From Bugula neritina (lineage: Eukaryota; Animalia; Bryozoa), in the NCBI GenBank assembly GCA_964035545.1, contig CAXIUT010000115.1:1-17747 (forward strand): a stretch of DNA of 17,747 nt, written 5' to 3'. Of this stretch, positions 1 to 11,582 are shown piece by piece. Positions within the stretch are counted from its first letter, which is position 1. Each line of letters begins with the position of its first letter. Made by a program: the position numbers and the translations under genes. The notes beneath the pieces are model-generated. The model was not told the origin of the DNA and did no database searches. It worked only from the letters and a program-made list of their open reading frames with translations.

Positions 1-100
1 CCAACCCCCCAACCCCAACCCCAACCCCAACCCCAACCCCAACCCCAACCCCAACCCCAACCCCAACCCCAACCCCAACCCCAACCCCAACCCCAACCCC
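1..100 (+). repeat. Telomeric (CCCCAA)n tract, left end
   Basis: Near-perfect C4A2 repeats at the window start; Tetrahymena-type ciliate telomere repeat. Confidence 0.98.
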
Positions 101-585
101 TTTAAATAATTTCTAAGAAACTTTGTTTATTTCAGTATATTCAATAACAGTTGATTCGATTTATTTTCCTTAGTAATCCGTTCTTTAACCTTTCCCCAAC
201 ATCTTACTCAATTATTAAATCCTCCGGTGCTTCATATCAATCTATTTTTTCATAAGTTTCAACCTCTCCTTAAGTTCTCCTGCCACGTATTTTTAATGTT
301 CGTTAGATGCAGATACAATCTGGTCACTTATCAAAATCTACATCAACCATACAATACCTGGCAAGTTTTCTTTTAAAGCTATTCCTGTAGTTGTTTTCCT
401 CGAGCTAATAATCTCGAATTCTACTAAAATAAAAGTCCAACCAATGCTGGCAGTTCAATATCTTTTGGATTCAAAGCTATCTGCAAAGCCTTTCTATTGA
501 GAGTCATGAGTTCTTTGAATTAGTTGTTTTCTTCTCTGAGAGTTTTGTTCTCTGTTTGCAGGAAAACAATCAAATCAGTATGTTC
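101..585 (-). CDS. Internal fragment of a coiled-coil protein gene (no start, no stop); 20-nt intron at 338-357
   Basis: With UAR=Glu it reads EHTDLIVFLQTENKTLREENNEFKELMTLNRKALQIAL...KKTCQ|ILISDQIVSASNEHEK...EINKVSEKLFK. The intron gtattgtatggttgatgtag joins the two frames. The ORF is bounded by telomeric repeats on both sides. Confidence 0.7.
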
Positions 586-587
586 GC

Positions 588-605
588 AACCCCAACCCCA
601 ACCCC
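588..605 (+). repeat. Short internal telomeric tract (AACCCC)3; probable left telomere of the 11-kb mini-chromosome
   Basis: aaccccaaccccaacccc interrupts an ORF on its left and is followed by ~107 nt of AT-rich leader and then the RRP12 ATG. Confidence 0.85.
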
Positions 606-712
606 GATAATAAATAAATGAAACAAATCACCTTTAAATAAAATACCTTATGAATGATTTTTAATATAAATCAAGATAAAGAAATTATTATTATTGATCT
701 TACATTGTTGAA

Positions 713-3700
713 ATGGAAGTCGAACATCTAGCATAAACCCTTGCCTTAAAATTACAATAAAAATCATAAGAAAGTCCCATCTTCAGAAAAGCACAAGCTG
801 TACTACAATCACTCATGCAAGCCTCACTAACAATTCAAAACTTTAATACTACAGTCGCCAACAACTCCAAAACACTTGCCTTCTACCTAGTTGCAGGTAC
901 ATACAAACTACTCAAAAATATAATCGATGGAGACCTAAAACACGAACATCAACTTGATGCCTATCTCTTGCTTCTCAATATGACCCTACCTGAAGCCTCG
1001 ATTGATGCACTAGTCAAAGGAGGATTACTGCAATAGCTTAGAAAGTTCATGCTTATCATTTTGAAAAAGAAAGATAATACTGCCCTTATGACCAGAATAG
1101 CTACTTCTATTTTATCGTATTCGTTTACTCCAGGAATGGCATCAACCAACTTCAATAAAGGGTAAGATAAAGTTGTTTTAATCGATTTATTCAATCGTTC
1201 TGTGGCATCTCCGAGAAGCAATACTCTCAGTCGTTAGTGTTCTAAACTAATCACCAATTTGTTGAAAAATAATTCCACAGTTAGTCCAACAATCGCATAA
1301 TAAGCAAAATCACATCTACTAACAGACTTATAATAAAGAAAATAACTCTATCTTTCGAACATCAAAGAAGTCATTTTCTAGCTACCAGTTAGACTAATCA
1401 ATGATATCTGTTATAAAGTCGCAACTAATCTCACAGATATCGACCCAACTGACACTAACCAATAACAATATCTTTCGCAGACATACTTCTTCCTCGAAGC
1501 AATGACAAAAAAAATGTTATCATCTACCATCGAAAGCGTCATTCTCATCTTAGTCAACTCGATACCTGCAGGAACTATGCCAGAAAAAGTACAACTCAGC
1601 TTCCTACAACTTCTATATGAACTTACTATTTCATTAGTTCATATTCAATAATAAGCCTGTAATCGTGTCCTTTCACCAGTCATCTCAGTCCTTATGGAAA
1701 TGTTACTTATCAATAGAAAAATTGCTAAATTCGCTAGTAACCAACTCCTCTTCATAGTGAATAACTGTATCAGACCTTCTTTATGGAAAAGAAAGACTGA
1801 TTAACTCTCACTTGAAGGAATGGAACTCTAATAAAACAGTCAATAATTCACAAAAATAATATGTCTATTTCAAGGTTTACTTTCTTCAAGATTTGGAGAT
1901 CATAAACTTACTGCTTCTCTGATTTCCACTTTTTTTAATCAACTATAAGAAGAAACCATTAATGAATGCCTAAGTTTAATTCACAAAATAGTTTAATCTC
2001 GAAATTAATTGGATGATAAAAGCTTCAAAAAAATCATGGAATCTGTTCTTATTGCATTCGGAATTGATAATATGATACGGCTTTATCCTTTAAGTCTCAA
2101 TGGAGATATAGGAAATGAATCTTTTGAAGACTAAAATAATCTTTGGCTTTTATCTTGCATTTAAAAAACAGATAGAGAATAACAAATGACAATCTTCAAT
2201 CTTTACTTATTGCCTTTATTACAAAAAGCAAGAGTAGTCAGTCAAAGTGCAGGCCTCCCAAAACAAAGAAAATAAGCTTACACTTTAGTCTAAGAACTAC
2301 TATGGCGTTGCCTAAAACCATTTACTAAAATAATTGATAATAATGTTAATTATGAGCAAGTCTTCAATCTCATCGAAGGATAAATCAATAAAGTATCATA
2401 AAATACTTTACAACAACTAGCTTCAGCTTTATAACATCTTTCCAACACTCTTGTTCCAACTAAATATAAGAGCAAAGGAGCATAAAATCTTATCAAAACA
2501 CTAGCTAACATCTTAAATATCAATAGTGGAACATCAAAAAATATTCTTCAAGCTTTACAAGGACTAGCAAAAATAGCTCCAGTTTAATATGTAAAAAGAG
2601 TATTTGATAAAAATATTTAAAAGTTGATTTCTCAAGGAGAAGAGAAAGTTTTAATAAAAGAATAAGATAAAAATTCTAAAAATTTATAAATTCTTATGGC
2701 TATTAACTCAGCAATCGATTTAAGAGATCCTTCAGTAACTACTAAATATAGAATATCTAGAGAATAGTTGATACTAAAATTGATAACAGTACTTATCAGT
2801 TCAAATGGAATCTTCCAAAAAAAAGGATATAAATATCTCGGATAGATTCTTTGTTCAGCGCCAAAAAGTTTATATCTCTAAATTTTGGAGTTATTCTAAG
2901 ATAATTTTAAAGTTTAGAACGGATCAAGGCATCATCGACTCGCTGTATTAGGAAAACTATGGAATTGGCTCAAAAATGACGGTATTGAATAAAATCTATA
3001 AAATCTGATCAACTTCATTAAGAATTTTCTACCTTAACTTCTTCTTTCTCTTCGTGAACAAAATAAAGGAGCCAGACAATAAGCTTAAAGATTGATTGTT
3101 TCTTTTGCAGATTCAATGAATTAAATGTAAATCCTAAGCAACTTTATCTAAACTGTTTGTGCAGGTTTTGTTGGATAAAGAAGTTAAATGAAACTAGCCA
3201 CTCTCAATGGCATTGGTCTCATAGTCTCAAGAGGATATTGTTCTTAAACTATTTTTCAAGATGTACTTGAACTAGTATTATTACTGCTTAACGATAAAAA
3301 ACAAGAAATTTACAAAGGAGTAGTAGAGTATTGCAGAAAAGCTATTCTAGGATTATCAGTTAACGACCAAAAGAAATATTTACCTGTTATTTTGAAGGTT
3401 CTTTTCGAATAAGATGAAGATAGTAAGTTATAAAATCGACATACTTTGAGATATTTTTTGATTAGATTAGCTAAAAAGCATGGAAAAGATTCTATCGAAG
3501 AAATGATACCTCAGCTACATAGAAAAATGTTATCACATACCTTAAAAATGGAAAATAGATAAAAGAAAAAGAAAAAAGAACTTAGAAAAGCTAAAATGCT
3601 ACAAATTCAAGAATAAAAATAAAAACTTAGAAAAGAAGAAAGTTCAGATTAAGAATAATAATAAGCTCAAAATTAAAACAATCAAATGGATATCGAATAA

Positions 3701-4215
3701 CCTCTTTAATAACTTTAGAATAATAATAACTTATTGCTAAAATATGATCTAGAAAAAGAACAGTTTCATTTTCAAGATTAACAAAGAGGAAAACCTCTTA
3801 TGGAAAAGAAAAATAAGAAATCTAGCTAAAATATTTCCTTTGATAACGAAGGAATGATGATTATTGAATAAAGAAAAAGACCTAGAAACTTTTAATAGAA
3901 CTAACAAGCAGAATAAAATGTTAAAAAAACAATGGAACAACCTCTTAACTTCAAAAAGAAATCCAAAGGTATTTTTTTGTTTATTTAGTCTAAATACATC
4001 AAATTAAATAATCAGGTGAGACCTATCGTACTAATAGAGCAGGAGGAGATCTCAAATTAAAAGACAAGCCTGAGCCTTATGCTTTTATTCAATTCAACTC
4101 GAAAGCTCTCAATAAAAGATTCAAAAAAAGAGCTGAGAAAGTGTTTGATAATCTGTTTGAAAAGAAAGAAGGAGGACTAAGAGGGTTAAAATCAAGAATG
4201 GTAGGAAAACATTGA
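713..4215 (+). CDS. RRP12: RRP12-like ribosome biogenesis protein (~1160 aa); 20-nt intron at 3969-3988
   Basis: ATG at 713, open with TAA/TAG as sense, ends TGA at 4213-4215. NUC173-like segment FGIDNMIRLYPLSL...NLWLLSCI; KKHGKDSIEEMIPQLHRKML; characteristic C-terminus GETYRTNRAGGDLKLKDKPEPYAFIQFNSKALNKR, reached only after removing gtatttttttgtttatttag. Confidence 0.9.
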
Positions 4216-4249
4216 TACTAAATAGATTTATTTATCTGTGCTATTCAAA

Positions 4250-4748
4250 TCATTAAATCTTCCCAGAAATAATAGTGTTAACAAAGTCCTTATAGTAAAT
4301 CCTTGAATTAGTTACCTTGGCATACTTCAATATCTCCTTAGATTCTTCCTCGTTCAAAGGCTATCCAAAAGCATTCATTATCTTCTTGAGATCTGCCTCA
4401 GTAATATATCCATTTTCCTCTTTCTATTAATATTGTTACATTCATCGAAAAAGGAAAAAGCTCTTAAAAGCTCATCATTATGATTGATACTAGACTGTTT
4501 GGCTGCAAATTAAAGTCCAACCTAGATAAACTTTAGCATGCTAAAATGACCTTGTTTCATAGGATCAACCTTTTTTTCAAGTTATACAATTTACTATTCA
4601 GTTGGAAACAATCGAGCAGATCGAATAAGTTTTGCTTAATAGATAAATAAATACCTATTTATGATGTTTTTATGGTATTTGGGTTATGATTCTTTTTATC
4701 TTAGTAGACCTTGAATATTTATTAGAGTTTCTCTTTAGTGACGTTCAT
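4250..4748 (-). CDS. Calmodulin-like EF-hand protein (~152 aa); 20-nt introns at 4635-4654 and 4420-4439
   Basis: MNVTKEKLEEIFKVYEDKK...SEIAKLIRSARLFPTEEEIVELEKKVDP...ELLRAFSFFDEEENGYITEADLKKIMNAFGEPLNEEES...IYYKDFV aligns to the calmodulin/myosin-light-chain pattern (PTEAEL, AF.VFD.DGNGYI, GEKLTDEE). Ends in TGA. Confidence 0.88.
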
Positions 4749-4850
4749 TGTACTTATTTACAATAATTTCAAATTATTATTATTTATATTAAAAAAAACT
4801 ATGATTTCAAAGGTCCAAAAAGCAAATCAATAAATCAATTGACCAATAAA

Positions 4851-6103
4851 TCACTTCATAATCTAGGACTCATCTTACTCGTAGATTTCAACTTTCTCAG
4901 ATTCGTCTTTCATTTGATTCTATAGGGGTTAATCCTTTGTCACATTTCTCGTCTTATTATTTCTCATTTCATATTTTTTATTTGAGGATCTTTTCCTTGA
5001 ATTTTCTGATATCAATCTTGAAATTTATGGATGCCTTCTGAAAAATTTTTAAAGCCAACCTTTACTAGCTTTAAACTATGTTTATTTATCAAGTTAACTG
5101 CTTCTTCCAAAAATATCCAAAGCTTTCAATCGAATTTCTTTATTAGTTATTTGCAAACCAAATTTGATCATCATCCTGATCCATTTTATCAAATCTTTCT
5201 CCAAAAATGGAAATAAAGGCATTCTTCCATAATTTCGATGATTCTGAAGCTCTTTTTGATAAGTATATTTTGTCTGTTGAAGTTTAGAAAAGCTAATTTA
5301 ATTATGTCTTATAATTTTCTTCTTTATTTTTTTTCCTTTCGAAGATTTTTTATTCCATGATTATTTTGATCTTTTTCTGAGATTTTTTTGACTTTTTTAT
5401 GATTTAACATTATTCATCCCTTTTTCTTCCTTTATTGGACATTTTATTGAGGATTCTTCATTTTTCATATCAAAACTTTCCTCATCAGAATACTCTTTGT
5501 AGTATACTAAGGAATTTCTTTTTCTCATTTGTCTTGAATTAGGTGTGTTAACTGATAAAGAGAACTACCCTAAGGAATGATTTACAATTTCCTCTTGAAC
5601 ATCTTTGAAATACGCTTATAATTATGCTTCTTAGACTTTTAGATTGTCTTCTTTAATTTCGTCATTTTCTCTCTCTTCTTTAGACGATGATTTTTCACAT
5701 GATTTCTTTTCCAATTCTTCAGAACTAGGAGTCACTATCATTTCTCTTTTTACAACTTGAGAAAACATTATTTTTTCAATTTCTTCTTGCTCCTCGATTC
5801 CAATAGGGTTCAATATTTTGGTATTTCCTCTCTTTTTGATTTCGTTCCCAGATTGATGTCCAAACCACTTAGCTTCAATCTTGGTTTCATTCTCTTCTTC
5901 ACCTTGATAATTTTTGTCGTTTTGAAGCAAAACCTGAAAAATTCGAGTTATCTTCCTGAATACTATATCCTGAATCAAGTACACATTGGTTCTTCAAGCA
6001 AAGGCTATCCCCTTAGAGCTTGGTAGGCTACTATCGCTTCATAGATTTTGGTGTATAGGTTGTTTATTTCCATAGTTATCGGAGACTAGTGCTCTTCGTC
6101 CAT
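4851..6103 (-). CDS. HTH CENP-B/Tc5 (pogo-like) DNA-binding domain protein (~410 aa); 20-nt intron at 5963-5982
   Basis: Domain at about 5025-5225: GRMPLFPFLEKDLIKWIRMMIKFGLQITNKEIRLKALDIF...FKASKGWLEKFFRRHP matches the HTH_Tnp_Tc5 consensus (P.LE..L..W...I...A...F.AS.GWL..F..RH). The intron removes an in-frame TGA. No DDE domain follows. Confidence 0.82.
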
Positions 6104-6292
6104 TATAACTAAAAAATAGAGTCTTTTGAATGATTAAATTGTTAAATAGCAAGATTCATTTCTTTATTCGCTAGCAATTAAACTTATGATAAAAATATTA
6201 AATTGATACTACAAGCAAAAAAATACTCAGAATATAATTTTGTATTATCTTTTAAGTCATAAAATAAGACTATGTAAATCAAATTTTTACTA

Positions 6293-6688
6293 TCATTATT
6301 CGTGAAGTGCTTTCTGAATAAGTGAATATTTTTGAATTGATCCGACATGACCCTCATACTTTTGCCAAGGAATATCTTTTCTCCAATCAACTGCTTTTCC
6401 AACTCTTTAGCTAATCACCATATCTATGTCATTTCCATTCTCTTAAGACTTATAGCAAAATACTTTATAAAGATTATTTTATTCTACTTTAACTCCACCT
6501 AAAAGATGGCCATGTAAAGTAGCAGTCAAAGATGGTTCCTCTTTGATAGTTGATTTAAAGTAATTTCTAATTTTCGCATCAAGAATTGGCTCTTAAGGAG
6601 TTAATTTAGCAGGAATAAAGTGCCATTCACCGTTCTATGTGAGATTGTTGTTGATTGCTATGTTGAGCATGGCGCTTTTTTATATCAT
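6293..6688 (-). CDS. RNASEH2C: Ribonuclease H2 subunit C-like protein (~131 aa)
   Basis: WHFIPAKL...DAKIRNYFKSTI...LTATLHGHLLGG...VDWRKDIP...IQKALHEE* follows the RNase H2C layout (H.lP, A.V..YF, FRGR.L.G, W..d.P, a.aiH). Intronless, ends in TGA. Confidence 0.72.
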
Positions 6689-6813
6689 TTAATACAATAA
6701 GAATAAACAATATCCATAATATTAAAATAGATGAGTAAAAATAGTCATGATTGTTTACTATGGATAAAAAATTATATTCTCTATCCTTTCAGTTATAATT
6801 TGATTATATCTAT

Positions 6814-9800
6814 ATGAACCGTCGAGGAAACAACCACTCAACATAACGAGTAATCGAAAGCAGACAGACTAACCCTCGCATCAGCTATTAAAGAAAATGT
6901 CATACTCCATCAAGTCAATATCAAACACAAAAAAAAAGCAGTACTTCTATCAATACCCAGAATCAAAACACAAATAAACATAAAAAAAATCAAAACATCC
7001 ATCAAAACACAATAAATATCTAGATATACAACTCCCACAACCACATATCAACCCGAAAAAGTAATCACCTTTCAGACATAAACGTACTAAAATATATATC
7101 CAGCAAGACCTATCACCAACCTTAACAACATCAGACACGCCCGCAATCTAGAACATCAACTATCCAATCTTCATGAATCAGCAGCTTATGATTCCATACT
7201 CGAATAAAGTGGAAAGAAAGGAAGATCTTAAACTATTACTAATAAAGCCATTGTCTAAGGAAAAAAACTTATGAAAAATAACCAGTTCTAGAAAGGTCTT
7301 ATGGTCTTTTCAGAATGTACACAAAGAGATCCAAATAGTCTAGAAGCTCAATATCTACTAGGAGTTTGCGCTTTTCATCTAGAACACTACGATTAAGCTA
7401 TTAATTACTTTAGTCCTCTACTCAGACAAGAACCTTAGTATCGTAAAAATGCCTATCTATTTCAAGCTATTTCTTTCAAAAAGAAACAACTAAATGATGA
7501 AGCCCTTCTTACAGTATTTTAAAACTAATATAGCTCACAGATGCTTTACACTACTATCCTAAATACTTCGATGCAATGATTTTAAGGGCAAAAATTTTAT
7601 CTAAATTACATCGATACTATGATGCATTGTAAGACCTTAATAGAAGTCTCAAAATATAACCTGGAAATCCTCAATCTTTAATAGCCAAAGCCGACTGTCT
7701 CAGATGTCTCAGCCAATATTCATAGGCAATTAAAATATATAATGAACTTCTCTAATCAGGATGGGATTCTGAAGTTGTGCTAAAGAGAGCTATTGGTCAT
7801 ATCGAAAATAATTGTCCAAATTAAGCTCTTCTAGACCTTAATCGTCTAATTCAGCGCTCTCCTAACAACTCTTAAGCATATCTCTTCAAAGGCCTTGCTT
7901 TTTCTAAAATGAAAAACTATAATTAAGCCATTCTAGCATATTAGCAAGCAATGAAATTTAACAGTTCAAGAAAGGCTACAACCAAAGCTCTTTATGAAGT
8001 CAGCAAACTAAAAATATAACTTGGAGATTACTATGGAGCAAGTTATACTTTAGAAAGAGCTGGAACTCTAGACGTTGATCAAAAAGTTATTTAAAAGTTG
8101 AGAATATTTACTGAGGGAGCAACTGCGATAATGAAAAAAAAGTTTAAAAGAGGAATCTAAAATCTTAATTATCTAGCAAAAAAAGAACATCTCAGTGAAC
8201 AAATTAGACCATTGTTATACTCTTTTAGAGCCTATGCTCATTTTTGTCAATGTAAATTTATTAATGCTCTAAACGATCTAAATTCTCTTCAAAAATTAGG
8301 TTTTTCATGTGATCCAGCAAGTGAATATAACTTCCGCCTTTTGACAGGAATATTCCATGCTCAAAATAACAACTTTGCACTTGCTTTAACATCTTTTGAA
8401 TAAAGTTAATAATTCCGCAGGGAATTAAGTGATCCAATAATATACAAATCTCTTACAAAAATATCTTAATACAACCGCAATCCAAAAACAAAAGATCGTG
8501 GCCTTCTCGAATAAGCCATGAAATTAATGAATTTAGCACTTAACAAATAATAAAACTATAATTCACATTATCTAAGCTCAGCAATATAATATGGACTTGG
8601 AAACTTTAAAATAGCACATTAACATGTTTAAAAAGCTATTTAACTCTCAGATGATCATGTGCTGAAGCATTTCTATCTCAGAGGATTGATTCATGGTATT
8701 GTGGGAAAAACAAGATAAGCTTTTATTGATTTTAGTAATGTTCTCAGTTTGGGAAAATAACTTAAAGAAAAATCTGAATCTGAAGATGGATAAAAATAAA
8801 AATAAATACTTTAGTCATATCTCAATAGAGCTAAATGTCATCTTCTATTTGGATAAAAAAAGAAAGCATTTCAAGATTTACAAACTTATATTAGTTTTAA
8901 ACCTCTAGATAGTTAAATCCATACTGTTGCTGGGAAGTTGCTCTTTTCAATTGGTGCATGTGAAGATGCTATAAAAGCATATAATTATAGTCCAAATATC
9001 GATAAAAAACGTATTTCTGATCTAATTTAGGTGATTAATTAATAGAAAGAGCAAAATGCTACTTAGTGTTAAAGTAGCTTAACTTATGTCTCAAAGATCT
9101 CTAAAAAGCTGTAGAGTTAGGAGATTCTCTCTCAAGATTTGATTATTGTTGTTTGGCAGCTTTAAAATAAGCCAGTAAAGGATCTGCTTAACATTATCGA
9201 TAAGCGATGCGCAAATTAACTCCTGCTTAAGGTTTTACTCTTCAAAAAGGAAATATTTTCACTCAAGCAGATTATTATTTTTACAAAGGTTTACTTAGTT
9301 TCTTCTTAGGACAATATCCCTAAGCTCATAAATTATTAATAAAGTCTAAAAATCTAAAAGGTCTAAACAATGAACTTGAATTCCTTTAATAGTCCGATCC
9401 TTAAAAGTTCATTCCTTAACTATTCTAAAATAAGATATATACCGATGCTTAAATTGACTACAATATTGCCTTGTGCGATCTTCTTCTTGGAAATTAACAA
9501 CAAGCGAAAAAAATACTTTCACAATACTAAAGTTTTAACCTTCTTTTCGGTAAATAATAAACTGAAGAGCCTCTAGATTTAACTCCTTTTCCTGTTACTA
9601 ATCGACTCTGCTCGATTTTCCCATAATTTCAATATCCTTAAAACAAATCAATCCGATTTCGTTTATCTTTTTGCCTTCCAACAGTAAGTCCACCATAAAT
9701 AAAATTTTAAATTTAGCCTAAAATAATCTAGTAACTAGGTATGAGTTCAACAGAACCCAGACCTGATGCCCCATGGATAAAAAGAAATACCTTTGGAGTA

Positions 9801-9995
9801 ATATTTACAGACGAAATGGTGGGAGTTGACATTGATATCAAGACTTAGAAAAGTGTAAAGAAGCTGTAATAGATAAAGATTTAGATGGAATAAGATAGTC
9901 CAGTTGTAGAGAAGAAAGATTTAAAAAATATGTTTGCTCTCGACTCAGATACCTAGAATAAACTGGCTAAATTAATGAACAAAAATAAAAAATGA
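6814..9995 (+). CDS. Large tetratricopeptide-repeat (TPR) protein (~1040 aa); 20-nt introns at 7514-7533 and 9011-9030; start uncertain, with one apparent frameshift in the A-rich 5' region (~6930-6990)
   Basis: Many TPR helices, e.g. EAQYLLGVCAFHLEHYDEAINYF, SEAYLFKGLAFSKMKNYNEAILAYEQAMKFN, KADCLRCLSQYSEAIKIY. C-terminus contains EPRPDAPWIKRNTFGVIFTDE. TGA at 9993-9995. Confidence 0.88.
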
Positions 9996-10032
9996 ATGTT
10001 TATTTGAATTTTGCATTTTTAAGTAATAAAAA

Positions 10033-11346
10033 TCATATATTTACTATCTAATTACCCTCAGGAAGCTCAGTCTAGTTCTTTGATGGACCTTCCTTAAAAC
10101 CTTCTTTTTCATATTATTGCTTTTCCTCTTCCTTTATCTATTTTTCGCTTTATCTGCCTTAATTTTCTTTTTATTTGATTTATGTCACCTCTTTCTGATT
10201 TAATAATAAACTTCGACTAGACTTTTCCTCATTATTTTCTTTGTTTTTCAATTCTTCAGACTATAAGGGTAATTCACCTATCATTCTCGATTCATCTAAC
10301 TTCAATTTCTTCTAACTAGCAAGATAATCCAAAGCTATTCTACTTTTCTCCATTTTCCTCTTCTTGATCTCTTTTAGCTAGATTTATAATAGTCCCATCA
10401 GCTACTTAGCATTATCAGATTTAATCTAGATCTAGCTAGTTTTATTATCAATCATGACGCAATTAGCAGCTTCAGTATCTAACTCCTTCAACAATTTATA
10501 ATATTTGACTTGGCTAAAATTTTTATGAGATTCCATCTTCTTCCGAATCACCTCCATCTGATGTTTCCGCTCATATTGCTGTAACTATCTACTTCTAGCC
10601 ATTGCCTACTCACTTTTTATAGATTTTATCTTCTGATATTCAACTTATAACTGATTTATGAATGGATCTAGTTAGGTTATCTTTGCTTCAAGTTTAGCAT
10701 TTTCTTATACTACTCTATCACTATCAGCTTTTAACTTATCCAGACGGACATTAATAAGCATTTAATCAGTTTAAAGTAATCCCAATTTGGGATCTTGACT
10801 TTATACTTCTCTAACAAGATCTTTTCCCTCACGATTGACGCTAACTCTTTGCTCTATATTGGCATGTCTTAACTAATTAATATCATTTTTTATACTTTTT
10901 ATCTTTTTTGTAACTTATATTTCTTCCTGATGCTAAATTACTCTACTGAGCTTTTCTTTTAAACTTTAAATCTAATGCACCAATATATTAATATGTTTTT
11001 TACTATTTTCCACTTATTTTTAAGCCATTTGATTCTGCTGTTCAATACTGATCATTCTAGCATTCTTTTTAGGTTTCATACTATTAATCAAAGACAAAGT
11101 ATCTGTATTCATTTTTTTTAATATTCCTTTTAATGTAGTTTGTTCTTTATTAACATATTTAATATCTTTTTGATCGTATTAGATATTAGAAGAAAGATGT
11201 GCGACTGTATCAAGATAATTTGATTTATTTTTCTTATTATCACTTTAAGAATAAGTAATCGTCTTATGGATTCCAGGAAGAGCAACAGATGTGTTAGATT
11301 TACTAACTGAATTGTAATTTCGAGGCTTATGCCTCAAATCAGGCAT
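10033..11346 (-). CDS. Hypothetical coiled-coil protein (~437 aa; alternative in-frame ATG at 11367)
   Basis: Continuous TGA-free frame from MPDLRHKPRNYN to an E/K-rich C-terminus with heptad-like composition. No recognised domain. Confidence 0.75.
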
Positions 11347-11510
11347 TATAATAAAATTATCCATCATTATTCATTTTTAATTGATTCAGAATATCATTAA
11401 TTAGTATGAAATATCTATACAATCTAAAATATAAATAATAGAATTGAGCTTTAATGAATTTATTTTATGAATGATTCTTATTTACACCAAATTTATTAAT
11501 TAATATTTAA

Positions 11511-11568
11511 GGGGTTGGGGTTGGGGTTGGGGTTGGGGTTGGGGTTGGGGTTGGGGTTGGGTTGGGTT
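11511..11568 (+). repeat. Telomeric (GGGGTT)n tract; right telomere of the mini-chromosome, internal in this window
   Basis: G4T2 repeats ending in two G3T2 variants, preceded by an AT-rich subtelomere. Confidence 0.95.
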
Positions 11569-11582
11569 AGAATGATCTAGAA

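Noticed and set aside
4851-6103. Active pogo/Tigger DNA transposon
   Set aside because: No DDE catalytic domain, terminal inverted repeats or target-site duplication seen, and the gene is tightly embedded between housekeeping genes.
4250-6298. TAA immediately before TGA at two gene ends, as evidence of context-dependent UAA termination
   Set aside because: TAA is a very frequent Glu codon here and most other genes end in TGA without it. Two cases are insufficient.
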